Notes under the pieces: model-generated
What the model was told of the DNA's origin: nothing
What the model saw: the letters and a program-made list of their open reading frames with translations, nothing else
Databases searched by the model: none
Program-made: the position numbers and the translations under genes
NCBI GenBank assembly: GCA_013265495.1
Contig: MU058000.1
Span: forward strand, 2,666,001 to 2,730,000
DNA length: 64,000 nucleotides
From: Vicugna vicugna
Taxonomy: Eukaryota
Direction: 5' to 3'
In this document: positions 12,965 to 25,148 of the stretch, piece by piece
Layout: each line of letters starts with the position of its first letter
Numbering within the stretch: position 1 is the first letter of the stretch

Positions 12965-13340
12965 CCATCTTAAAAGGCAAGCAAAAGAGAAGCTGCAGGG
13001 TGTGAGGTTGCTAGTTTTCATGGGCTCAGTAATTTCATACGCTAACAAGTGGGAGGATTATTCCAGCTACACTGGGGAAGGGGTGGGGAATCCGAGGAAC
13101 TGGGTCACCGCCCACTTTTTGGCCTTTTATGGCCTGCCTCGGAACTGTCATGGCACCTGTGGGTGTGCCATTTAGTATGTTAATATATTACAATGAGTGT
13201 ATAATGAGGCTCAAGTTCTACTGGGAGTTGAATTTTCCACCACTTTGGGCCTAGTTGGATTTTAACCAGTTTTTGTCCTGTCTTCAACTGCTGTGTCATT
13301 CCTTTAATGGTTGTGCCCTGACCCTTTCCTTCCTGTCCCA
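12965..13340 (-). mobile_element. ERV1-class LTR fragment (MER41/MER51-like)
   Basis: GC-richer block with ggaactgtcatggcacctgtgggtgtg and ataatgagtgtataatgag, ending ..ttcctgtccca (reverse complement of an LTR TG start). Confidence 0.7.
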
Positions 13341-13409
13341 AGTTGAGTTCTTGTTTTGTCCAGTCACTTCTCTAAGTATACCTGCCACAGTAACTTTAAT
13401 CCACATAGC

Positions 13410-13560
13410 AGTTCTTGGAGGCAAATGCTATTGCTTCTGTACAGGTGAATGCTACCTGTCTTACACATGATAAAACTGAGGTAGAGAGATGTTAGGTAAT
13501 GTGCCCCAGAGCATGCATTGAGGAATGGAAGCATCAGGATTTGAGCTAAGGTAATCTTCT
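13410..13560 (-). mobile_element. MIR SINE
   Basis: tacacatgataaaactgaggtagagagatgttaggtaatgtgccccagag..ggatttgagctaagg matches the antisense MIR core. Confidence 0.75.
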
Positions 13561-13676
13561 GTTAAATTTGAGCATACTGGTATACTACAATTTCTTTTAC
13601 TTAAAAAATACATATATGTAAAGCTATATAAGATGATGGTTGAAATTGCTGTAGTTAACTGGATTTTTTTGTGGCA

Positions 13677-13677
<1 letters not shown>

Positions 13678-13717
<40 letters not shown>

Positions 13718-13721
13718 TATT
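13678..13721 (+). repeat. (TTA)n microsatellite
   Basis: Directly visible; explains the poly-Asn ORF at 13461-13739. Confidence 0.97.
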
Positions 13722-15409
13722 TTCTTGTGCAGAAGACATCCAAGTGCATGCAAGTGGAGATCCAGGAAGTCTCAGGGTATAGTTTTGACTTTGTTTCTCC
13801 TAGCCAAGATCTTCTGGTCTAGTAGAACTGGGAGTTAGTCCTGAAATATGTAGATGTAGTTTTCTTAGGGTATATATCCTACTGAGTTGGGAGGATGATA
13901 AGTAAAATCAGTACATTTCAAAGTTTTATTGTGGTGGTTTTATTCTTAATTTTCTTATTCTTATTCTTAATTATTCTAAAATTTTCCCCCAGTCAAAAAT
14001 CTGCTTTTAGTAATATGGGATTTAAAGTCATTGCATGTTCTGGAGAAGTGAGATACAGACATGGAGGGATATTAGGAGACAGAGAAAAACTTCTACACTT
14101 GGTACAACTGGCCTGAGTTTTGCCCAGTTCCAAGAAGTATAAAGAGTAGTGAGGGAATGTGAAAGTCAGATAAGGTATTCACTCCTCTTTAAGGAGATTC
14201 AGTCTTGTTGCAGAGATCAGCCAGGAATATAAAACCAACAGTCCTATTATAAGTAGAGAATATTATGGGATTAAATTGATGAAGAGTGGAAAAAAATTTT
14301 TTTGTAGAAATTAAAGGAGAGATAACAGAGTTGAAGTAACCAGCGATACATGCTATTATATATACATGTCTGCTTTTTCAGACCTCCCTGGAGCTCCATC
14401 CAGGTTAACACACTGAAGGGGAGGGCAGTGGACATACATCAGTGGAAGGAACACCAGGGGACACCACAAGCATCATGTTAGAAATAACCAAACTCACACT
14501 GACTACAGGAAAATAAAATAATAGAAGTGAGATGTAGAGGCAAGAACAAGGAATTATGAGGAGGAAAGGAACAATAATAAAGTCATGTGGCGTGGAGGAC
14601 TCTTGGTGTGACCAGCACAGTGTGAAGTAGAACAGACTGTGAAGGGCTTTAAATTCCAGACAAAGCAGTTTGAACTCCTGCCTTTGCCAAAATGATTATC
14701 TCCCAAAAGAGGTGAGCTGAGCATCTGGGCACAGTCATACTTTGCGTTGCTTTGCCTTGTCTTAGATGTTGTCCCAGCTCCGGGCTGAGTCATGTCCAGG
14801 GGCTTAACAACCTTGGTTTTATAGGCAGTGCCATCATTAAGAGACAAAGTGCGACAGAGACTTGAAATGAGCAGATTAAACATGCCTGTCACTCAGCCCT
14901 GCTGTGTGTGGCGGCTGATGTGGCCGGCTCCGCTCTATTTGAGCCTGGTCTCTTGGGAACAATTTAAAAAGTGTGACTTAAATGAAGTCACTGTAAATGA
15001 GTCTGCACATGGCAGGCTCTGAATGTCACGTGGAAATCAGGCTGCATGTGTCAAAGAAGTGACAACCCGAGAGCTGGAGGGAGTGTTGCATCTGAAAAGG
15101 GGGACATTTCAGCCTTTAAAGTGTTTAACACTATTCTTAATATTACAACAGAAGCAAAACTAAACTAGACTCTACCTCCAAAATTGAAGATATTTGTGTA
15201 TTCAATATATGTTCTAATTTCCGATCTTATTTAGAAATAACAAAGAAAACTTACAAAGACATGATGGCAAGGTCAATCTTCTAGATTTGGGTTCACCAGT
15301 CATATTTATCTATCTTGTGTGAACAAAGTAATGAACTTTGAAAAAGCGTACCACCGAGAATATCTATGTATGTAAATAAGCTGTCCCATATCTTAAACAG
15401 CAATTATGA

Positions 15410-15640
15410 TTAAAAATATAGTTCATGATTTGGAATCAAATAGTCCTGAATTTTTATATTAGGTCTGTCATGAGCTAACTGTGCAACCTTCAACAAACCA
15501 TTTAATTCAAACCAAACCTCAATATATTATCAAATAGTTGTAATAATGTATATCTACAATGTTACTGACAGGATTGAGTAAAATAGCACGTAAAATGAGA
15601 CAATGGTCCGTAATAGGTACACATCAGTTAACTCTTAGTA
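15410..15640 (+). mobile_element. MIR SINE
   Basis: tttggaatcaaatagtcctgaat..gctaactgtgcaaccttcaacaaaccatttaa..gttactgacaggattgagt. Confidence 0.65.
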
Positions 15641-16999
15641 AATCACCTTATTCCAATGAGTTGTCATTATTTTAACCTCTTTTTTAAAAATGTTCTTAAT
15701 TTAGTTTTTCTCAAAGAAAGAACCACAGCATAAGGAATGAATGACTGAATGACTCACAGACTTGCTGGTTAGCTAGTAATCTTTTTTTAATCCATAATCA
15801 GATTGCATGTTTGAAAAAAGAAATTTACCATTGGTTTACTCAATAAGTCAATAAAAGATGTCAACACATCTTTCTTGAGCCTTCTTCTAGAAAGGTGCAT
15901 ACTCTTGGAATAGGTTGCTCACCTTATGCCACAGCCTTTACTCCTAATGATTTTTGACCATTTCCCAAATTTAAATCTCAGACCCAAATCACAGACGGGC
16001 AGGTTGTGAAATCTGTCACCCTTTTTTTGCTAGGCGTGACTCAAATTATCTGTCCACTAAGTGGATACCACCGTCCTACATCACAAATCAACAGGCCTCC
16101 CTCCTAAAGATGCTGGATCAAAAATGATGATCTTTCTGATGTGTTCAGAAATAGAAGATGGTATCTTCCCATCAATAGTCTGCAGCAATAAGCTGACTTC
16201 TACCTGAATCTCTAAATACTCATGAAGGACTATTTATAGGAGAAAATGAAACTTGGACTTTAAAGGACAGAGATCAGACATGATGACAGGTATCCACATA
16301 AGTGAATCTGAGGGAAATATCAAAAACATAATCCTAGAAATATTTCAGGCAGTGACAACAGCCATTTCTGGGGAAATGCTTAGCCTCCCATATGATTTTA
16401 GGGGATAATTTTTATCTGATTCACTCATTTTTGAATCCCAAACTTCTAGTACCTGCCTGGTCCACAGCAGGGACCACCGTAGTGAATCAACAAATGTTTA
16501 CGTGAAATAATTTGTATACGTAACTTTTAAAAAATTTGATGTCACTGCTTTGAAACCATAGATCTACTAGGATTCTTTTGAAACATGGCCTATTTCACAA
16601 AAGTTACTGCATGGAGTCCGTTTCCAAGGTCTCGAACAGGAACACGTTATAACCAAAAGATGTTTACAGTTGAACTTCAACCATCTGATTTTTAGATGCA
16701 GCAATAATACTAGCATTCATTTAGATGAACATTCACTATTGTCACATCTGCAGTAGAACGCCAGTCTACACTTGTTCTTTGGTGAATCCAATATGTAGTC
16801 CAGATCTTTTTTTTCTTTTAACATTTTAGAAAACCATTTAAAATGTTTTAAATTTGGAAACTCCCTTTAGGATTGTTTCTAAGAAGACAGTTCAAAATAA
16901 AGTCAACTTCACTCTCGCTATGAAAGCATTCAGTCCCATCACCATTGAGTATGGATGTTGAATGAGTGGGACTGAAACCAAGTGGAAAGGAAGCAGGCT

Positions 17000-17215
17000 C
17001 AGTATCAGGAATCGTGATTCTGCCTGTACCTTTGATTAGCTGAGGACCTTGTCCAGGACACGTAATGTCTTTTGACTTTGGTAGAAGGAGGAAGGGGAAT
17101 GCATAAAAATATAGACAAAAATTTATACCTCTTTGAGATTATTGCAATAATTACATGATACCAAATTTATGGCTACATATTAAAGGTCTTGGTACATAGT
17201 AGGTTATCAAATCAA
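17000..17215 (+). mobile_element. MIR-like SINE relic
   Basis: ttagctgaggaccttgtccaggacacgtaa..gattattgcaataatta..ttggtacatagtagg. Confidence 0.5.
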
Positions 17216-18565
17216 TAAGTATTCACAGGGCAATTGATAAGAGTGGCTCTCAGATTATAAAGCAAGGTTGTGTAGAGGGATAGGCTACTTAGAGAATTTT
17301 AACGTGTTTTAAAAGTGAGCTAAAGCTGAATTCCATATGCATTATGATCAAAGTCTGTATGTAGACTATTAATATCAGATGAACTAGCTGGGCATTTATA
17401 TAAACAGGAATTTTAAGGCAGGGTAGTTATTTCAAGAAGATGGACTTCGATTTGGCACCTGCGAGTTAACCTGTGTTCAGATGTCTTGATTCACAAAGTT
17501 CTTATCAAAACAAAAAAGTTCACTGAATATGATCCTGTAGTATTTTGACTCCATTTAGCCACTTCTTAATATGACGGTTCCTTAGAGTCAACATTCTCAT
17601 TCCATTTTAAGGGGAATTCCTGGTGAAGGAAAAAAGAGTCACACAAATCTTTGCTAAAGTCAAAACTTTCAATAGAGTTATAGTTCCCTACCCCGATGTG
17701 ACAATACAGGATATCTGTTAATTTTTTTTTTCCTAGAAGATCACAAAATGTCAGGAACTCTGAAGATGAAATGTTGTTTCTCATTGTGGGTCTTGGAGAT
17801 AAATGGGAGACTCCCTATTCGACAAGGAGTTAGTTAACAGTGGCAAGAACACCACAGAAGGCAGGGTCGGTATCAAGGCCTGCCTGGCTCAACTGGTAAA
17901 GACACAACAAGGCACTTGCAGATTGAGACAGTTAATTACTCCATCGCAAAGAAGAAGAGACAAGGGTGCCAGCCTCCCAGCCCCTTTCCATACACACTAT
18001 ACTGGACAATGAGGGATGACTGCAGTATGAGATGTGGGAAATACGCCATTGCTGAGGAGCCAGATCTAGGCTGCAGCTAAGTGGCTCTCTATCCTGCAGC
18101 TTCGTTCTCGGGGAGGTGGGGCAGAGAGCCCCATACTCATGCTGATGAGTCCATGAAAAAGTGTGTCACAGCAGCCGCCCGGGGGAGTACAGAGGTGAGT
18201 GGGACATGGCCCCCTAGCAGCCCCTCACAGGTCCCCCATGCTTTCAAGTTCTGGAAGGATCACAAGGATTTCCTTCGAGTCTCAGATAAACTGTCATTCT
18301 AGCCTTTGCCTTGGTGGCCTGGTGCAAGGTCACCAGGACACAATGATGGAGACATTCTCCTATAGTCGCACTCATGTGACTCTTACATGGCAAGGGAAAT
18401 ATACGATTTTTCATTATCCTCCCAAAATATCAAATGTAAATAATATCATTATAAAGGCTAAAGTCACAGAATTTTGACAAAAAGTTTCTAATCCATAATT
18501 TGACTATCATGGTCCAAAAATGGAAGCTCAAAATTGCTTAGATAGCGAAAATAATCCTGTGTAGC

Positions 18566-18910
18566 TTTTTTTTTTTGTTTTTAATTGAAGTACAGTCAAT
18601 TATAATGTGTCACTCTCTGGTATATAGCAAAATGTCCCAGTCACGCATATACATACATAAATTTATTTTCATATTTTTTCCATTAAAGGTTATTACAAGA
18701 TTTTGAACATAGTTCCCTGTGCTACACAAAAAAGAAAAAAAATTTTTAAATTTATTTTTATATATAGTAGCTAACATTTGTAAATCTCAAATTCCCAAGT
18801 TTATCCCCTTCCACCCTCTTTCCCCAGTAGCCATGATTGTTTACTAAGTCTGCAAGTCTCTTTCTGTTTTGTGGGTGAATTCATAGTGTCTTTTTTTTTC
18901 TCTCTCTCTT
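18566..18910 (-). mobile_element. Young L1 3' UTR plus poly(A), non-inverted part of 5'-inverted insertion #1
   Basis: Poly-T then ttaattgaagtacagtc..catagttccctgtgctac..gaattcatagtgtcttttttttt; homologous (antisense) to the 3' UTR of the L1 at 23.8-24.2 kb. Confidence 0.93.
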
Positions 18911-19920
18911 CAGAAAGTGGTACTGGGAAAACTGGATAGGAGCATGTAAGTCAATAAAGTTAAAACTCTCCATCATTCCATACACAAAAATAAACTCAAA
19001 ATGGCTTAAAGACTTAAATATAAGGCAAGACACAATAAATCTCCTAGAAGAAAACATAGGCAAAACATTCTCTGACATACATCTTAGCAACGTTCTCCTA
19101 CAGCAGTCTACCCAGGCAATGGAAATAAGAGCAAAAATAAACAAAAGGGGCCTAATTAAACTTATAAGCTTTTGCACAGCAAAGGAAACCATAAGCAAAG
19201 CAAAATGACAACTTAGGGAATGGGAGAAAATATTTGCAAATGATGCAACTAACAAAGGCTTAATCTCCAGATTACATAAACAGCTTATACAACTTAATAA
19301 GAAAAAAAAAATTTAAAAATGGGCAGAAGACCTAAACAAGCAATTCTCCAGTGAAGAAATATGAATGGCCAATAGACATATGGAAAAATACTCAATATCA
19401 CTAATTATCAGAGAAATGCAAATCAAAACTACAATGAGGTATCACCTCACACCAGTCAGAATGGCCATCATTCAAAAGTCCGCGACTGATAAATGCTGGA
19501 GAGGGTGTGGAGAAAGGGGAACCCTCCTATACTGCTGGTAGGAATGTAGTTTGGTGCAGCCATTATGGAAAACAGTATGGAGAGTCCTCAAAAAACTGAA
19601 AACAGACTTATCATATGATGCAGCAATCCCACTTCTGGCTATATATCCAGAGAGAACTCTAATGCAAAAAGATACATGCACCCGTATTCACAGCAACACT
19701 GTATACAATAGCCAAGGCATGGAAACAACCTAAATGTCCATCGACAGATGCCTGGATAAAGAAGATGTGGTATATTCATACAATGGAATACTACTCTGCC
19801 ATAAAAAAGAGTAAAATCATGCCATTTGCAGAAACATGGATGGTAGAGATCATCATTCTAAGTGAAGTAAGCCAGAAAGAGAAAGAAAATACCATATGAC
19901 ATCACTCATCTGTGGAACCT
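18911..19920 (+). mobile_element. L1 ORF2 C-terminal region, inverted 5' part of insertion #1
   Basis: ORF2 peptide [32 protein letters not shown]; ends at tgtggaacct, the ORF2 stop position; frameshifted. Confidence 0.95.
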
Positions 19921-20933
19921 TGTGTAACATTTTAAAACTACATTAAAAGTTTTTGTTCTGTGACCAAGACACCTTACTATCTCTTTATAAAACTGTGCTT
20001 CCTGACTCTCATCATAATTCATCTTGAAATGTAACTGGAAGGAGTTGGAAGAGAATAAAATCACCAAAACTCTCAAGCAAAGCTGACCCACAAATTCAAA
20101 ACACAAGGGCAAATAGGTAATGTGGAAGACGCTGGGAGTCGGGTAGTCCCCCTGACCTGGGGCCACTGTCTTATCACTCTGCTCATCCAGCTTACCTCTT
20201 TGGCAAGAGAGGGCAGGAGAAAGTAAACTAACTCCACTTCACATCTGACTGAGTCCTGTGCAACATTTACTTACATTGTTTAACACATGATCAGAAGCAG
20301 TTTCCTTTGGGGAAGAATCTCAGGCTCTAGAATCAGAAGACCTCTGATATTTCTCAGCTTCATAATAGCAGACAAATTAATAGAGACACCTCTACCTCTG
20401 TTTCCTGACCTGCCACACTGCTGTGATGAATTTCATGAAAATATTGGCTAACTGACACTCTTCCTGGGGAGAGCACTCAGTTTGTTAGAAATACTTTGTG
20501 TATGTGAGGAAATAAATTCTAAAAGAATATATAAAAAAGAAAGTGAAAAAAGCAGGCCATTAAATCTGTTAGCATGATTAAGAAGAATGCATTCGGCTTC
20601 AGAGAGAGGGAAGGATCAAACCAATAAAGAGAAGAACTAGAAAGAAGAAAGAGGAGAGGGGAAAAGGAGGTTGGATGACACTGTATTTTTTATAATAGGA
20701 CCCTGCTCATGACTCCCAAATTTTCATTTGAATCTTTTAAGCCCACAAAATGGTCAATGTGAAAGATCTCTTTTTTAACTCAAAATGAGGAATATGCTAT
20801 GGTTAGATATCAGTATTGTTCTTTTAAGGAGCTAAAAAAGAAATCTTTCATACTGAGTATTACTCTACCAGAACCCAGAAGGAAACAAAATAGTATCCAT
20901 ATTCTCATCCCTATACTTTCTACATTTACTTCT

Positions 20934-21273
20934 CTCTTTTTTCTTTTTTTTAACTGAAGTATAGTCAGTTACAATGTGTCAGTCTCTGGTCTATAGCATA
21001 ACGTCCCAGTCATCCATATACATACACATACTCATTTTCATATTCTTTTTCATTAAAGGTTATTACAAGATGCTGAATATAGTTCCCTGTGCTGTTCAGA
21101 AGACATTTGTTTTTTATTTATTTTTATACATAGTAGTTAATATTTGCAAATCTTAAACTCCCAATTTTATCCCTTCCTACCCTCATTCCCCCCTTAACCA
21201 TAAGATTGTTTACTATTTCTGCGAGCCAGTTTCTGTTTTGTAGATGAGTTCATTAGTGTCTTCTTTTTTCTTT
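20934..21273 (-). mobile_element. Young L1 3' UTR plus poly(A), non-inverted part of 5'-inverted insertion #2
   Basis: Same 3' UTR type as 18566-18910; left TSD tctacatttacttct at 20919-20933. Confidence 0.93.
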
Positions 21274-21398
21274 AAAAAAAATAATAAAATAATGCCATTT
21301 GCAGTAGCATGGATAGAGCTGGAGATCATCATTTTAAGTGAAATAAGCCAGAAAGAAAAAGAAAAATACTGTATGATATCACTTATATGTAGAATCTA
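21273..21398 (+). mobile_element. Last ~125 nt of L1 ORF2, inverted part of insertion #2
   Basis: Encodes KIMPFAVAWIELEIIILSEISQKEKEKYCMISLICRI; right TSD tctatgtttacttct at 21395-21409. Confidence 0.93.
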
Positions 21399-21439
21399 TG
21401 TTTACTTCTACAAACAGACATTGAGAACATTTACAACTT

Positions 21440-21821
21440 CTGCCAAAAGGATTTTAACTGGCTTCAGGGACACTGAAGCCAACGGCAGACTGGAAGTGCT
21501 GGAGAGTTAATGTCCTTGGATGTCACCCAGGGTCTTGAGAAATACCTCAGCCTTCTAATAACTGGCAAGGATGATAACCCTTCAGGTACGAGCGGCAACA
21601 TCCCCAAGTGTTCCTCAGCAGAACGGCATCCCCAGGTGTTCCTCAGCAGAACCGAGCACCCGTGGCCCACAGAGATAACTGGCTTGATTACATAACCTTA
21701 TTGGCTTTTTCTTTCCCTGCCTTATTTTTTCACTCCTCTACCAGGATAAACTGTCACACAAATTATTGGCAGTTAAATTCCTGTCTCATCATCTGCTTCT
21801 GGGACAACCTAAGCTAAGATA
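21440..21821 (+). mobile_element. LTR16-like ERVL LTR
   Basis: gactggaagtgctggagagttaatg near the start; 3' end cctgtctcatcatctgcttctgggacaacctaagctaagata. Confidence 0.7.
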
Positions 21822-23393
21822 TGAGTTCATAAGAAGAAACTCACAAGAGTATGCACACCCCTGGGCTCCAGGATTCAAATAGGAGGATAAGTTGCTTGGA
21901 ATATTCAAAAAATTAGAAGATACGCTTTGCATCTACACAAGACATGCAATTAGTGGCTTCTTAGCAAGTTAAAACTAGGTCTACACGGGAAGTTTCTGTC
22001 ACCTGACTTACATTGTTATAATAAGCCCTGCCACATTAGATGATTGTGGGGTCAAAAATAAATGTGGTAATACGTATCCAAATGTGTTGTAAACTGTTAC
22101 GTTCGAGAGACGTGGACATCATTTCTCAACCTGGTGACTTTGATATATCAGTGAAATTAATTCGATCAGATGTATTTTATAGCTTTGAACTACTTTGTCA
22201 AGTTCACTTAGCTTTACCCTAGGTCTGAAAAAGAACATTCATTGTTGCTCCTTCTTCTCCTTATTCACAGTCTCCAGTCTGTCCTTTCTTTATCATCACA
22301 TGAGATCTGCAGCTACAGCAGTTTTTGTGTAAAATCCCTGTGCTAAAATATTCAGCTTAGGGGCAGGTCACATAGCTGATTCTTTGCACAGTGGAAGCAG
22401 AATGTTATCAGAATCTAACAGAAGGGTGATCCCCTCAACAGTTATTAAAAAAAGCAAAGCTTGAGATTGTCATGAAAAGTTTGCGTGTTAGGGTTGCGTT
22501 CTCTGAACCAATCGTTGCACAGTCAGTAAACAAGACTCAGAACTACTGTGACTTGTTAGTTTTGTTATCAGATCATTTTTTCTTAATTGATAACTGCTGT
22601 CTTTTGGAGTTCAAGCCTCGTAACACACAACTGACGTACCAAGTGCCACATGGTAATCTTGCTTTTTGACATTGGGACTCTTGAAGCAGAGAGTATCATG
22701 TTGAGAACAGAGTTTTGTTACAAAAACAATCTGCAAACTTGTTGACAGAATATGAGAATATGGCAGCTTTGAGACATTTATAGTGGGTTTTTTTTGAGGT
22801 AATATGGGCCCATCACTCAAGATGTCCAGAGTAATTTAAGGTCAGAATGAAAAGGAAGCTATTTGCTTCTCCCAGGATTCACTTTTATCACTCCCCATCT
22901 CACCACGGCTTTGTTATTTGGTGATTAGCAGGATTGTCCAAAGGTTTCTGATGAACTTCAAAAAGAAATAACAGCTAAAAGAAATATTCAGTGCATAAAT
23001 GCCTGAGTTACCAGATTGAAGCCAGTGAGTTTACACAGAGGTCAGAAAAAGATTTGTCCCTTGGCTCATTTCAATTTCTGAGAAGGAAAGATGAGAATTG
23101 GGATCTTGACCTTTCAATATTTTGTTGTGTAAAATCATTGCCGCACATGGACTTCTCCAAGAAAGCACATGTGTAGGTCAGCATCAGAACAGCATGACTG
23201 GGATCTCCTCCTGGGAGCCCCGGGGGAAGTGGAAGACTGGCACCAGGCTGAACGCTCTCACTCTGCCCCTTGTGTGGTTGACATCTGCCCAAGCTAAGAG
23301 CCAAGTGTTGCTAACTGAAGGTGAAATTAAAATCAAAACCCCCTATGCGCTATGCTAACCCATAGACACACCTGGGTCACACGTGTACAAAAA

Positions 23394-23486
23394 GGAAGGA
23401 AGGAAGGAAGGAATAAAGGAAGGAAGGAAGGAATAAAGGAAAGGAAAGGAAAGGAAAGGAAAGGAAAGGAAAGGAAAGGAAAGGAA
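23394..23486 (+). repeat. Compound (GGAA)n/(GGAAA)n microsatellite
   Basis: Directly visible. Confidence 0.97.
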
Positions 23487-23494
23487 AATCAAGA

Positions 23495-24167
23495 AGACTT
23501 ACTATATGATCCAGCAGTTCCACTCCTGGGCATATATCTAGAGGGAAACTTAATTCAAAAAGATGCATGTACCCCAGTGTTCATAGAAGAACTATTTACA
23601 GTAGCCAAGACATGGAAACTACCTAAATATCCATCGACAGATGACTGGATAAAGAAGATGTGGTATATTTATACAATGGAATACTACTCTGCCATAAAAA
23701 AGAATAAAATAACGCCATTTGCAGCAACATGGAGGGACCTGGAGATTGCCATTCTCAGTGTCATAAGCCAGAAAGAGAAAGAAAAATACTGTGTGATATT
23801 ACTTACGTGTGGAATCTAAAACAAAAGGCTAATGAACTTATTTACAAAACAGAAACAGACTCACAGACAGAAAATAAACTTATGGTTGCCAAAGGGGGAA
23901 AGGGGTGGGAAAGGATAAATTGGGAGTTTGAGGTGTGCAGATACATATATATATATATAAATATATATATATAAAAGGTAAACAATAAGTTCATACTGTA
24001 TAGCACAGGGAGCTATATTCAATATCTTGTAGTAACCTATGGTGAAAAAGAATATGAAAACAGATATATCTATGTTCATGTATGACTGAAGCATTATGCT
24101 GTACACTAGAAATTAACACACTGTAAGCTGACTATACTTCAATAAAAATACATATATACAAAAAAAG
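23495..24167 (+). mobile_element. 5'-truncated young L1 (ORF2 C-terminus, 3' UTR, A tail)
   Basis: Open frame DLLYDPAVPLLGIY..WIKKMWYIYTMEYYSAIKKN..LTCGI* with stop at 23819, then 3' UTR and aataaa. Confidence 0.96.
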
Positions 24168-25034
24168 AATTCGATTGCTATAGTAAAGTTACTGGCAATA
24201 GAATAATGCTACCTTTGTGAAGTATGCAGAAAAGAGAGAATATATGTTTATGATTAAGAGAGGGTTTGAGTCCCCACTAAGTGAGAACTTTTATTTCTTC
24301 CCTAATAAAGCAGGAATGTCTGTCTACTTACAATTTATTTACTTATTTATTTTCTTTTACATAAAACTCCAAATGAGAAGAGTTGCAATAATTAAAGTCT
24401 GTGTTTGTGAAGTGTTTAGCCCAAAATCTAGGAAAAAGGAGATCCCAGATCAATGATGACTATCAATGTGATTGCTCAGTGGTTTTCAATGAATGGAATC
24501 TGAATGGTTCTATACCTTAAATCCATTCATTTACATATTCATAAAGTCACCTCTTAGGCACTACTGTTGTTGTAGAAGTGTAAATAATCTAAAACAACAG
24601 ATAAACCAGAAGTCATGTGTATTTGGAAAAGTTGTACAGTGCTGATTTTGATGTTGGTCTGCACTTATAAACCTGAATTCCAAAAGAATATGATAGAAAA
24701 TGAAGAAACGTAAAGGAATTGGATTTTAGCCCTAATATCTAGTCTAAATGACAATGATAATAATAATAATGATAATAAGAAATCACTATAACCTTGTTTT
24801 TTAAATAATTTTCCCTTTTTAAATAGTTTTCCCCTATGGCCTTCTTATAATATACTTAGTAACTTTGGATATTCCAATATAAGACCTTGCACAGAGATAT
24901 TCACATAGCAGAATTTGGCCTTAATTTCTTCTATACAAAATGAAGAGGTTGTATATGATACTTTGTATGTGCTTGCATTGTTATAGAAAATTCATTTTGT
25001 AAACTAAAAAAAGAATTAAAAATTATTTTCCTAT

Positions 25035-25148
25035 CTGAAAAAAAAATATGTATGTGTATGTATAACTGACTTCTATTGTTGTACCCATGAAAATAACATG
25101 GTAAATTGACTACACTTCAATTAAAAAAATTAAAAATTAATTTAAAAG
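25035..25148 (+). mobile_element. Very short L1 3' tail
   Basis: tatgtataactgac..ttgtaccc..gtaaattgactacacttcaattaaaaaa. Confidence 0.75.

Noticed and set aside
18881..19733. ORFs of 124, 69 and 60 aa
   Set aside because: Sense or antisense readings of L1 ORF2.
18566..21398. Insertions #1 and #2 as a segmental duplication
   Set aside because: Flanks, TSDs and inverted-segment lengths differ.
23352..23819. Longest ORF (155 aa) as a host gene
   Set aside because: It is a microsatellite translation fused to the L1 ORF2 C-terminus.
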